Positions 51,201-63,300 of a stretch of DNA of 64,000 nucleotides are shown here, one piece after another. The notes below the pieces were generated by a model. That model did no database searches. It worked only from the letters and a program-made list of their open reading frames with translations, and was not told the DNA's origin. A program made the position numbers and the translations under genes. This DNA comes from Geosiphon pyriformis uo1 (Eukaryota > Fungi > Glomeromycota). Location of the stretch: positions 34,388 to 98,387 of the forward strand of contig JAAOMT010000197.1 in assembly GCA_016748015.1 (NCBI GenBank), given 5' to 3'. Each line of letters begins with the position of its first letter. The stretch's first letter is position 1.

Positions 51201-54200
51201 ATTCTTTAAATTAGAGCTGTTTATTGTAAAGGTTGTGAAATGTTGGAACTCTGGTGATCTTCTGAATTTCAACTGCCTTATTAAGATATGGTCAGCTATT
51301 GATGTAGTTAAAGCTTCCAAGGTTAATGGTATGGTTTTAAACAGTGTGAGCTCAATGGAGTTGATTAAACATTTGTTGGTGATAAGAAAAAAGTATTGTA
51401 AGTCCAAATATTGTGAGTCTAAGATTGCTAAGAATACTGCTATAAGAAACACAATTGACTATTGTATGGAAAACTTCTGTTTTAACAAAGAAAAGATAAT
51501 AAAGAGCATTCTGGAACATTCATTTCCCAAGGTGGTTTTGAATCACTTGGTAGTGGATGATGAGCTGGTAATTGAGCATAATAAAGTAAAGCTCAAGGTT
51601 GATAAAATTATAGAAAAGTAGACAAAGAAGCAATCAGTTCTTCTAAAAATACCTGACCTCTGAACTCGTCAATATATGCCTCTGAATTATGTAGATAATG
51701 ATGCTTTCTCTGATACAATAAATAAAATTGGTATGGAAGAATTGTTTCTGGTTGTAAATAATCTACCAAACAATAAAGCAACTGAGTTATCAAGAATACC
51801 TAATAAACTTTGGAAGCATTGTGGTGTGGAGGTTTTGGTCTGTCTTTTGAAATTGTTGAATTTGTGTTTGAGTATGGATGCAGTTTCTGATCTGTAAAAA
51901 GAAGCATGGGTTTTAATGATTCTGAAATCTTATAAGTGAAATAGTGTTTTAACAAATACTAGACCTATTGTATTAGTCAAAACAGCACACAAAATACTAT
52001 CTAAGATCCTATTTGATTGGATATCTTTGGCTTGTAACAAGTTTAATGTTCTTTGTGGTAACAATTTTTTAGTGTTGAAAGATACTTCGACCCAGTCTCC
52101 TATTTTTGCTATTGGCTCGGTTGTTGAGAATGCTCTGGAGAAAAACAGAGAGCTTTGGTTAGTACTGTAGGATATGTGCAAAGCTTATGATTTAGTAGGC
52201 TGACATTATTTGTAAGTGAGCTTGCATCACATTAAAATGTGTAAATGTTTTATTCAATTTTTTGGCAATATTCATGAGGACTGGATCAACAAGGTGATGA
52301 TCAACTTTGAGCTTTTAGATAGTTATAGAGTACATGATGGGTTGGATCAAGGGGAGGTCTTTTCCCTGCTGCTTTGGAGAATATTTTATGATCCACTTTT
52401 GTGTGAAGTGAAAAAGCATGAGCACTTATGTGAGTATAAGATTGATTCTAAGTTCATAGCAAAGTCTGGCAGGATTGAAACAAGTGGAGGAAAAACTTCT
52501 TTTTTGGCTGCAGGCACTTTTGTTGATGATACAATTTGGGTTGGAAGTAGTTAGGCATCTATGCAGTATATTTTAAACATTGTTAGTGAATTTTTTGTGA
52601 TCAATGACATCTCAATTAATAATAATAAGATGGTAGTAATTTCTATCAATCAGAGAGTTAAGGATGCTTTGCTATTAATCAATGGATTGCCAATTTTGAT
52701 TGCTAAAAAGGATGAATTACACCAATATCTAAGTATCTTCCTGTTAATTGAGAGTCTCTTTAAGCTCAATTTGGCTCAAGCTCATAAGAATATTAGGTTT
52801 TTTTCTAATATAGTGTTGAGAAAAGCTATTACAGATAAACAATTCTGTTATTTGGTTTTGGCAGTTTTGCAATCCATTGTTAGCTATCATACACAGTTCA
52901 GTTTTGTTATATTAAATATGTGTCGTAAGTGGAATATTATGATTAGAAAAGATCTTAGAGCCAAAGCTGGTTTACTGCATGACTTTTCCAGTGAGATCTT
53001 ATATCACCCTTTTTTATATGGTTTAAAGCCCTTTGAGCGAGTACAATCTGAAAGAAAGCTGGGATCATTGATTTTATTTTCTAATGACCACAGCATTCTT
53101 GGATGTTTATTTGATTATAGATTTTTGGATTGCAAGTTCTTGGATGGTCTCCTTTGGATCTTTTGCAATTTTTTGTTAGGTTGTATATTAGTCCTGTTAA
53201 CAATTTTTTGGCAAGAGTGGTGAAGATTTTTTTGGAGAATAAATTATTTTTAGCAAACAATTTACCTTGTGCCTTTTGTGAATCTGGTAATTTTCCAATA
53301 TCTGGCATTTTGGGTTAGTCTTTGTATTACAAATCTATTTTTTCATTAAAGCATTTTGGTGTTGCTTTTGGTAACAGAATTTTTGACAAGAAAGGAACTG
53401 AAAAACATTTCAGCATTGGAAGCAATTAGACCCAAGAGGCCCTGTGCCTTACTGGTTTTCTTTGACATCTGATTTTATGAACAATTCTATTTTTTTGGGG
53501 GTTGGAGCTGCTACTGCTACTAAGGAGAATGTGCTAAGTGTTTTGAATTCTGATAAGTTCTCTGAAGTTTGTGATAATCTACTGAAGGTGTGGTCTGATT
53601 GTATCAAGATTTATACAGATGGGTCCTTGAAATATACTGGTTCTGTTGAGGTAACAGGTGGAGCAGCTGCATACTTTCTGGCTGCAAATGCAGGCATTGG
53701 AGTTAAGGTCACTGGACTTTTGTTCTCTACTTTAACTGAACTGCAAGCTGTGGTGTTGGCTTTGGAGTGTGTTTTATTTTCATGCTCAATGGTTTTGTAC
53801 TTAGATAGTCAATCTGTGATTGATGTCTGCATTTCTGAGGCTTCTTTGACTACACCTAATTTTCATAACCAATGTTAAATCGAAAGATTGCAAATTGTCA
53901 ATTTCTTTAAAGACAAGAATATTTCAATTAAGTAAGTGAAGATTAAAAGACATTCAGATGTATTGGGCAACATAAGGGCTAACGTACTGGCTAATGAGAC
54001 TACTTTCTTGTCTCTTTTTTTGCCAGTTAAAATCCAGAAGAGGTTTCTGGTCACTGAGGAGACTGCCATATCTGGCAATGTTCATCATTTTGCTTGGGAC
54101 TTACACCAGTCAATATGCCATATCTATTGAGAGACTAGTCCGGGTTTTAATATAGTTCCGAATTTTATGATTAAAGAAATAGATTGAGATACTACTGCAA

Positions 54201-54776
54201 CAATTTGGCATCCTGATTCACACATGCTTTCTGGGTTTACCAGTAGGAGATCAGCCAATTTACACATGTATTTGATGAAGGCTGTATATAAGCAGCTACC
54301 AGTTGCAGTTAGAAAGAGGTTGTATAACAAAGGTTATCCTGGTGTTTTGTGTTTGCTGTATGGCAAAGTAAAGTTTTCTGATCATGTTTTTGCTTGTTTT
54401 GGTAACTCTGGCCTCTGCAGAGACATTTTGGTTGAAACTGCTAAAAAATAGATGTCAATGTTTGGTCTTTCAAGTTTGTTTCTGTCTGCTATTCTGCTCT
54501 TGCTCTCGTCATGTTCTTTAAATGTGAGTCTTTATATGGCAGTATGCAAGGGTTTTGTAATAAGAGATTGGTATGCTGAGGCTGTTTTAGTTTTTGAGGG
54601 AAAAAAGAAAGCTACTCAGACCCTTGTGAAATACATCAGATTTGTGGTAGAATTGCAGCACACTTAAATATGGACTATTAAGACCAAGCATAGAGCAGAG
54701 ATGGAAAAGGCTGGCTTAATTAGGGATAATGGTATGGTTTTTGGCTTGTCCAGCAGTATAGTTTCTATGTTGTCAG

Positions 54777-55756
54777 TGTTACCGGAGGTTTTTGGTCTCT
54801 TTTCTGTAATGTTGTTGATACTTATTTGCTGCGAATTCACGTTTTCTGGATGTGGTTGAACCTCCAGTAACTGAATTTATCTTCAAATTATCTCCTATAA
54901 TTTGAACTTGCTGGGCTTATGAGTGGAATGGCCAATTCCATGCCAGTTGCTTTATGTAGTTACATTGTAGTAAATGTCAACTCTTTCCCAGGAATTGCTC
55001 GTCTGGAAGCTCATTAGAAATGTGTAGTTACTTTGCTGTAAAAGTTAACTCTTCTACAGGAATCTTGTCTGTAAGCTACCCTAATGATTGTAATAAGAAA
55101 ATAAAGAAAAATAAAAGAAGTGTAAAAGAAATAAGATCTTATCAAGGGAAACGTTTTCTATCCAGGCCTGGAGTCACTAACAGTTTACTGAAATTGGTAG
55201 CTAATCAATTTCGAAATATTAGTTGGGTTTTGGGGATTTTCCAAGTACAATAATTAAAGAATTTGGTTTTTTGAATTATTTGATATTTATTTCTTTTTGT
55301 GTGTATAGGAACAGTTTTTAAGAGATAAATCTAAAGTAAGATATATTTTCTCGAAGAGAGAAGCTCTTCTTTTATACAACTTGTTGTAACATTATTCTAT
55401 GAACTTGAACTTTGCTATTTTCTACAATTTCACTGAACTAAAGATACATTTCAGCGAACTACAAGTTATTTCGGCGAACTATTAGATATTTTGGTAAACT
55501 ATCAATTATTTCGGTGAATTTCTACAAATTTCGGTGAACTTCTGAATGTTACATAGTTCGGGGTATTACATAATTGATCATCGCAATTAGGTTACATTGG
55601 TGTTGTGTACAATTTGAGTTATTAATTAAATGATAATTTCGGACATTTTTGCTAATATAATAAGTGATCATTTAAAACAATAATATATGCTAATTAATGA
55701 TAGGAATTATAAGATAATTTCATGCTAAATAATATCTCTAATTTTGTTTGGTAACA
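54777..55756 (-). repeat. 3' LTR (980 bp, complete)
   Basis: TG...CA termini, adjacent PPT, 20-bp tandem units ATTTCGG(C/T)GAACT, TATA-like TATAAAA on the minus strand at ~55375. Confidence 0.9.
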
Positions 55757-55864
55757 TAACCTCCTCCTTAAGACTGAGCTCCATCAAAGTTCAAGTACTG
55801 TCTGTTTTTTCCAGATAATAATCCAAAATTATTGAAGAAATTTGGTCTGAAAATTGTTGAAATT

Positions 55865-58800
55865 TCAGTTCTGTGTGTTAAGAGCTATATTAACTGGAAC
55901 TGTGAATCGTCCAGTTGAACCAAAACCTTGAGTTCCTCTATCGCTTTTTCCTAATTGTTCTCTTTGATTGACTAGTTGCAAACCCGAAATGTTGATTAAG
56001 GGTAGGTAAATAGCTTGGACAATTTTTTCAGCATGTTCGATCTTGAATGGTTTGTCAGTCTCATTTTGAAGCATCACTGTTATGTCTCCAGTATATCTAG
56101 CATCGATTATTCCTCCTCTAACATTGATTCTTTTGCTTGTTAGAGAGGACCGAGAGGCAATTTGAATCATTGCTCCTGGCAGGATTTCGAGTGCAATTTT
56201 GATTTTTGTGAGAGATTTGGGTTTGAGAACAAAAATATCTTTGCCTGGATATCTTAGGTTATATCCAGCATCAATTTCGTGTGCTTTTTCAGGTTTTATT
56301 CCTTGCCCGTTGTTGTTGAAGTATTTAAGTTGTAAAGCAGGCTGATTTTCAATAAGGTAGATGAGTGTTGTTTCAATTTCTTTCATTTCTTCAGGTTCTC
56401 CAAATTCAATTTCATTCTCATCATTTTCGCTGGGCAAGGGGATACTAAGAGCATAGCATTCGGGACATCATTGTTCATCGCAAGGCATAATGCATTCTTC
56501 ACATAGCCTAATGTTCATTTGCTCTAATCGTTGAATTTGAGCTTCTTGGGTCAGATAAGTGTGACTTGCAATTTGGTGATAGACTTCTACTTCATCTTCG
56601 TAATCGAATCCAGCTAATTTCATAGTGTATTCAATGTATTCTGCTTCCTTCATTTGATGAACATTTTCTTTGGTAGCTCCATTAATTAATGCCATTGCTA
56701 AGTCGAAAATCATCTCGGCGTCATGAGGGTAGTGATAAAGTTTGTTGAAAGCACTGTTGTATGCTGCATTAAAGGGTGTTCCTCTTTTTACTTTTTCTGA
56801 AATTGATAAGGCATATTGGCAGGTCTGATCGCAGACGCCTCCTCTCATTGCTATATCAATCCAATTGCATTCTTCCGGTAGCATATCTCCACAAGTTAAA
56901 CAAGCAGTATTGTCCCATTTTCTGCTCCTTTTTATTAGGTGGCCCCATCACTCTCTGTGGCAGGCCTTGCAGTAATAACAAGTATGATTTTCATATTCTT
57001 CTTCAGGTGAAATGCAAGCTCCCATTGACGATAGTTTCTTGTGGCAATCCTTACATTTAAGGGGAATATAGGGGCGTTGTTTTCTTGGTTCAGGTTTGGA
57101 GTAAGGTATATTCCATCCAGAGGTTTTGGGTTTAGTGTGTGTGGTAAAATGTTCTTGTTCTGTTTCATCGGCCCAGTTGGACATTGATCCAAGAGCCATG
57201 AATGTTTCGATTATTGGTTTTTCTTCTTCCAGTTCAAATTCAAAAGCTGGGGCTTTTTCAGAGCGTTTGTTGAATGTACCACAAATTGCAGGTACTCGGG
57301 CGTGTTGTCCTTGGTAGGAGATTGTTAACTCTTGTGTTTCCCAATTCAGATTAGCATTGGCTTTTTGAAGCCAATCATTTCTGATAAGAGCTTGGTACTG
57401 GGGTGCATCCATTACAAGAACTTTGACTGAAATGGTAATTCCATCAAGAGTGAATGGAAAATTGTTAATTTCTCTTACTGGTGTCTTTTTCATGCCATCG
57501 ACAGTGACGATTACTGTTTGAGCTGGTCGGTCAACATTTCTTTTCAACTGTTGCATTAACTGGTAGGTAATAATGCTTCCGGCAGATCCACTGTCTAGAA
57601 TCAAGCGAATTGGCTTTCCTTCTACTTTGGCTTCTGTGTACATTGCAGTGATGGCTTTTTGCTCATTAGCCACTGCATTGCTAAGCAAGAATGGTGATTC
57701 ATTTGCTTCAAATTCAAAAGGAAAGATATCAGAGAGATTGGCGTTTTCAGCAATTCGGGCTGGTGGAATAGTGGTGTGGTTATGAGAAGGGTTTCGTTGT
57801 TGTTGTGCTGCAGCTCTACCTTCCGAGAGTACAGTATGGTGAAAATCTTGTTCTTCTGGCATTGTTAAATAACTAGGTTGAGTGTGGTAATGGTTGGGTC
57901 TTGATTGAGTGGTATTTTGGGGAACCAATTGGTTGTTTGAACTGATTCTATTGTTGTTTACTTGGTATCAGTTTTGTGGTGTGAATTGATTTTGTGTAAT
58001 CAGTCTTCGAGCAGGTACTTGATAATGTTGTGTGGGTGGTTGTTGGTATTGCTGTTGGATTGGTTGTAAGGCAGGCTAATAATAGTTATTTTGGTACTGG
58101 GATCTTGGTGGATAGTAAGCTGGTGGTGATGGTTGATAATAAGATTGCTGTGGTGGAGAGTAACGTTGATTACCCCTGTTTTGTTGGTCTCACTGTAGCT
58201 TTCTGCAATCTCTTTTCCAGTGGCCAGAGATTCCACAGTAATGGCAATTCTGGGGCTGGTTATTTGAAAGTGGTGCAAAGTTATTTTGATTTTGTCTTTG
58301 GGGTGGTTGATATCTTTGGGGTTGTTGTTGTTGTTGGTTGGTAAAATAGTTTTCGATCTTCTTTGTGAGTTGGTCAATTTTTTCCTCAGCTGCTGAGCTG
58401 GTTTCTCCAATTGCCAAATTTACAAGTTTTGTATGATTGGCCTCTTCCATGGCNNNNNNNNNNNNNNNNNNNNNNNNNNNNNNNNNNNNNNNNNNNNNNN
58501 NNNNNNNNNNNNNNNNNNNNNNNNNNNNNNNNNNNNNNNNNNNNNNNNNNNNNNNNNNNNNNNNNNNNNNNNNNNNNNNNNNNNNNNNNNNNNNNNNNNN
58601 NNNNNNNNNNNNNNNNNNNNNNNNNNNNNNNNNNNNNNNNNNNNNNNNNNNNNNNNNNNNNNNNNNNNNNNNNNNNNNNNNNNNNNNNNNNNGTATTTGG
58701 GGTGGTTCTTGAATATTGCTTTAATTTGTTTTTGCCTTTGTTGCTTGTTTCTGTTTCCAATTCAAAATCAATAGTGTATTGAGACTGCACTGGATATGTT

Positions 58801-58985
58801 TCTTCACAGTATTTGATAATGTTATAATTAAGTTCGTGAAAGTAAGTGGCAAGTGTTTCACTATTAAGGTCTTCAGTTCCCAACTGTGAATAGTGTGCTA
58901 AATTATTGTAAAGGTTGCTTTTAACTTCTGAGATATTGTAATTTCCAAAAAGATAATTGTTAATGCGATTTTCAATGTATTGGTA
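55865..58985 (-). pseudogene. gag-protease-Cys-rich-dUTPase polyprotein, broken by point stops and an assembly gap
   Basis: ORFs 58190..58450 (CHYCGISGHWKRDC), 56948..57928 (LILDSGSAGSII), 56468..56884 and 55865..56437 share one frame. dUTPase motifs AGYNL, RSSL, GGIIDARYTG, VQAI, RGTQGFGSTG. Confidence 0.88.
58454..58692. other. Assembly gap (239 N)
   Basis: Run of n characters. Confidence 1.
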
Positions 58986-58988
58986 TAC

Positions 58989-59757
58989 TAGTAAACGTCA
59001 ACTCTTTCCCAGGAATTGCTCGTCTGGAAGCTTACTAAAAATGTGTAGTTACTTTGCTGTGAAAGTCAACTCTTCTACAGGAATCTCGTCTGTAGACTAC
59101 CTTAATGATTGTAATAAGAAAATAAAGAAAAATAAAAGAAGTGTAAAAGAAATAGGATCTTATCAAGGGAAACGTTTTCTATTCAGGCCTGGAGTCACTA
59201 ACAGTTTACTGAAATTGGTAGCTAATCAATTTTGAAATGTTAGTTGGGTTTTGGGGATTTTCCAAGTACAATAATTAAAGAATTTGGTTTTTCAAATTAT
59301 TTGATATTTATTTCTTTTTGTGTGTATAAGAACGGTTTTTAAGAGATAAATCTAAGGTAAGATACATTTTCTTGAAGAGAGAAGCTCTTTTTTTATACAA
59401 CTTGTTGTAACATTATTCTATGAACTTGAACTTTGCTATTTTCTACAATTTCACTGAACTAAAGATACATTTCGGCGAACTACAAATTATTTTGGTGAAT
59501 TATCAATTATTTTGGTGAATTTTTACAAATTTCAGTGAACTTCTGAATGTTACATAGTTCGGAATATTACATGATTGATCATTGCAATTAGGTTACATTG
59601 GTGTTGTATACAATTTGGGTTATTAATTAAATGATAATTTCGGACATTTTTGCTAATATAATAAGTGATCATTTAAAACAATAATATATGCTAATTAATG
59701 ATAGAAATTATAAGATAATTTCATGCTAAATAATATCTCTAATTTCGTCTGGTAACA
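58989..59757 (-). repeat. 5' LTR, truncated at its inner (U5/PBS) end
   Basis: Matches 54968-55756 apart from transitions and one missing 20-bp unit; lacks the equivalent of 54777-54967. Confidence 0.85.
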
Positions 59758-60328
59758 TTGGCTGGTGTTGTCTATATGCTTGGTGTTATAGAATTTTTTA
59801 TTGTTAGATTTGGTAAGTGTAAATTGTGTTATTTTTTCTCTGGTTTGGGTGATGATGCTTTTGTTATCATAGATGTATAGTGTTGCTTTGTCTGGCTTGA
59901 GTGGCTGGCCATATGTAGTCTGTGTGTGAGCTGCATTTAGTTGGTTCCACTTAGTTTGGTTCTATGTAATAGATAGTGGTTGGGCTTCACTCGTAAAACT
60001 TGTAAAAAAAAAAAAAATTAAACAGTTTTAAATGTTTATTAAATTAAGATATATTTAATTATATTTAATTTTTACAATTATTATCAAATAAAACATTATT
60101 ATATATATAATATAATTTATAATAATAATATTTTTGTTAAGCTGTTTAAAATTAAAGAATACTTTAGTATTTTAAACAATAAATATATTAATATATTAAT
60201 AAATAAAATAATATTTTCTGAATTTTCTTTTTAATTAATATTAAAAAAATATTTATTATAATAAATAATAAAATAATATTTAATAAAATTTATAATTTTA
60301 TTTAATATATAATACTATAAATAAAAAA

Positions 60329-63300
60329 CTTCTTCCTTTTTTTTGTCTAAAATTCCCAAAAAAGAGTCAAAAAAGTTTTTTTCTGAAAGAAGTTTTTTAT
60401 AATTTAGTACAACAAATCTAAATTTTTTCTGCTTGATTACAAGGCCACTGTTGGCTGTAGTATTGCTGTAATGAAGAAGTCTGTTAAAGACTTTGGTTCT
60501 GTTAATGGTGAAAAAAGCATTGAGAAGAATGTTGCTTCTAGGAAGAAAAGGAAAAGTGAGATTTTAAAAGATAGTGCTACTAGTAAACTGGTCTTGTCTA
60601 ATAGAGCTGTTAGTGGTTCTTGGGGGTCTGATGCTGGTGATACCACTGAATCTGATAGTGTTGATATGGAAGAGAAATGTTTGGTAGAAGAAACCAGTGT
60701 GAATTATGGTGAGAAGAGTTTGTTTATGAAAGGTGATTCTAACCAAACACCAAAGAGTTTGAGATTGGTAACCAAGAAAGCCCTGAGTATGCCATTGGGA
60801 AAAAAAAATTTTTTGGATGATGTTAGTGATGATGACATTTTTTTGGATACTCTGGTGATTTTCCCTTCTCCTTTGAAAAATTTGGTCAATGTTTCTGTTC
60901 GGAAATCTTTTACTATAGATATTAAGCTGGACAAGGTGGCTGGAAAATTTTCTCAGAAAAAGTTGGTGGTAGTCAGAAAATTATTCTCAAAAGTCAATGG
61001 TTTTGGAGGGATCTCTACTCTCTCAAAATTTTCTGAAATCATCTATGCTTCTTTTACTTCTGAAACTAGTTTGGTACAGGCTATAGAAAAGGCAAGAGCA
61101 GCAAACATTTTAGTAAACACTAATCTTAAAAATCAACTATGCATTCAGATTAGGCTGTGGTGATAAAAAAAATTCCAGTTGGAACATTAGTTGAGGCTGT
61201 GCATACTGCACTTTCTGAATTTGGTTTTGTTGTATCAATCAAAATGCAATTGGTAGGGCTATGACAAAAGGCTGTGGTTGAATTTGCCCAATCAGATTAG
61301 GCTGATTTGGTCGCAGTTAGATGGTCTATCTTAATTAGAAAAGATGCTATGAAAGTGGCCAAGACTAATGCAGACAAGGAATCATGGGATACAAGAGATC
61401 AGCATAAGGCTTTGCTCTATATACTGCTGATGGACACCAATGTTCATGATATCTAGAACTTTATTGGCTCTGTGGGTGGAAAAACATGTGTCATCAATCA
61501 ACATCTTGTTACATATGCCCAAGCCAGGTGTGTTGTTGTGTGTTTTGACTTTGCTGCTTCAATTAATGCTGTCATGAAAACTACAGCTGTCTTAAAGGGT
61601 GTCAATTTGCACTGGTCTTACCTAAGTTCTGCTAAGTGTACTAAGTGTGGAAATTTGGGTCATATCTCCCTGAGCTGCTTTGTAGGTGAGAAAGTTTCTC
61701 CTGATGGCCCAGCTCACAAAATACTGTCAGATGACAATAAAAACAGACTGGTTTCTATTTATGCTAGATGTTCTGCTTCAATTTTCTATTCTGTTTTTTT
61801 TGGTGGTGCCTCTTAGACCAATATTGTTAGTGGGTCTTTGTTCCCTCCTCTCCCTGTACACAATGGTTCAACTGCTTCTGATGCATCTTCGAAGATAAAA
61901 CCTACCCTGATGGTGTCTATGGAATTGAATGATAGGTTTGCCACTTTTGAGCATAGTCTTGCCAGTCTTGTGAAATGTGTTGACAAGTTGGCTAAGAGAT
62001 TGAACTCACTTGAGCCAATGGTTTTCCAGCTTAGCCTTGGATGTTAGTCATTAATGACCCCTTTGTCACAGAATCAAGGAGTGAATATAGTAATGAGTAA
62101 GAGTTCAGGTGTGGCCACTGATAATGAGACTATTGCAGGAGTAGTGGTTTTTAATTCTTTAGTTATTTCTAAAATGAAAGAAATTCTGAACAATTTTTCA
62201 ATTATAGTTATGGGTCTTTCAACCAAAATAGACAATACTGGTTTGGTTCCTGCTATTCATCTTTCTCAATGATAGATCTGGTTTGGAAATTTGTAACATG
62301 CAATATTTGTGATATCAATGTCTCTGCCAAGCAGAAAGATGTTGTTTGTTGGCATGTGGAATCTGGAAGTATGGTTTCTATTATTATGAAAACAAAGTTG
62401 AGGTCTAATATTAGGCTCTGAATTATAAACAAGTTTGATGGAATGAGAATATTTTCTTCTAAGTTGGACAAAAGATTTCTTGGTGTTGGAGTGATGATCA
62501 TTATAAACAATTCTCTTACACATTATGTTGCTAAGGTTGAAAAAATTCTTGGTCATCTTATTTCTGTTTAGCTCCTTTTTAAGAGCAAGCTGTCTGTAGT
62601 AATTTTGGGCTTATATATTGGTGTGTCTGCTAAGGCCAGATTCAGCCAAGCCTGTGAAATCAACTTTTTCATTGCCAAAGCTGTTAATTCCTCCACATTT
62701 GTGGTATTAAGTGGAGATTTCAATAAAAATAGATCTAGGAAAAATGTTAGTTTTAAGTTCTACTTGGATTTGGAATTGGTCAATTCCTTTAGTGATCATT
62801 TTTTGGTTAAAGCTTCTATTTGAGACAATTTACAGAGTGCCAAAAAAGTTATCGACTACATTTTTGTAAATGAAAGTTTGTTGTCTGCAATAGCCAGTCA
62901 TAATGTTATTTTTGTCTCTGATTTTTTTGATACTGATCATAATGCTGTTTTGGTTTCAGTTGGTTTGGGTGGTCTCTTAGATGTCCAGCTCAATAGTGTT
63001 TATATACAGGCTAATAAGGATAGATAGAAGTTCAAAATCAAGAATACAGATGCTAATAAGTGGTCTCACTTTAGGGAATACTCATTAGGCAGGTTCTTGG
63101 AAAATATAGATGTGTTTAATGATGTAAAGGATAATAAAAATTTAGATGCTATGTGGAAAATCCTTAAAAAGGTGGTTATAAGCTCAACAGATAGTGTGTT
63201 TTCTAGGCACTGGTTTAGTGTATTCAATTGTCAGAAAAATAAGCAGTCTTTGAAGTTCTTTAAGCTGGAATTGCTAGTGGCCAAGTTGATAAAGTGTTTG

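Larger units (their letters stand above)
54777..59757 (-). mobile_element. Non-autonomous LTR retrotransposon (probably Ty3/gypsy-like) with gag knuckle, aspartic protease, Cys-rich region and dUTPase; no RT/RH/IN
   Basis: Termini TGTTACC...GGTAACA, long direct repeats, PPT AAGGAGGAGG (55769-55760), 4-bp TSD TCAG/TTGG (from TCGG). Excision restores LINE G frame MLSAGVV. Confidence 0.9.
48238..60016 (+). mobile_element. Full-length LINE (copy G) interrupted near the ORF2 end by an LTR element
   Basis: ORF1 48353-50217; ORF2 50214-54776 + 59762-59880 with AGTFVDDTIWVG and IYTDGSL; 3' tail and poly(A). Degenerate TSD AATTAAACA(T/G)TT (~48220 / ~60016). Confidence 0.9.

Noticed and set aside
55020-55253. 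Plus-strand ORFs in both LTRs (55020..55253, 58957..59235)
   Set aside because: They are antisense to the element, duplicated only because the LTR is duplicated, and show no recognisable domain.
55426-55548. Regularly spaced repeats resembling a CRISPR array (also 18607-18742)
   Set aside because: Units are 8-20 bp tandem repeats without unique spacers, lie inside LTRs in a eukaryotic context, and have no cas genes.
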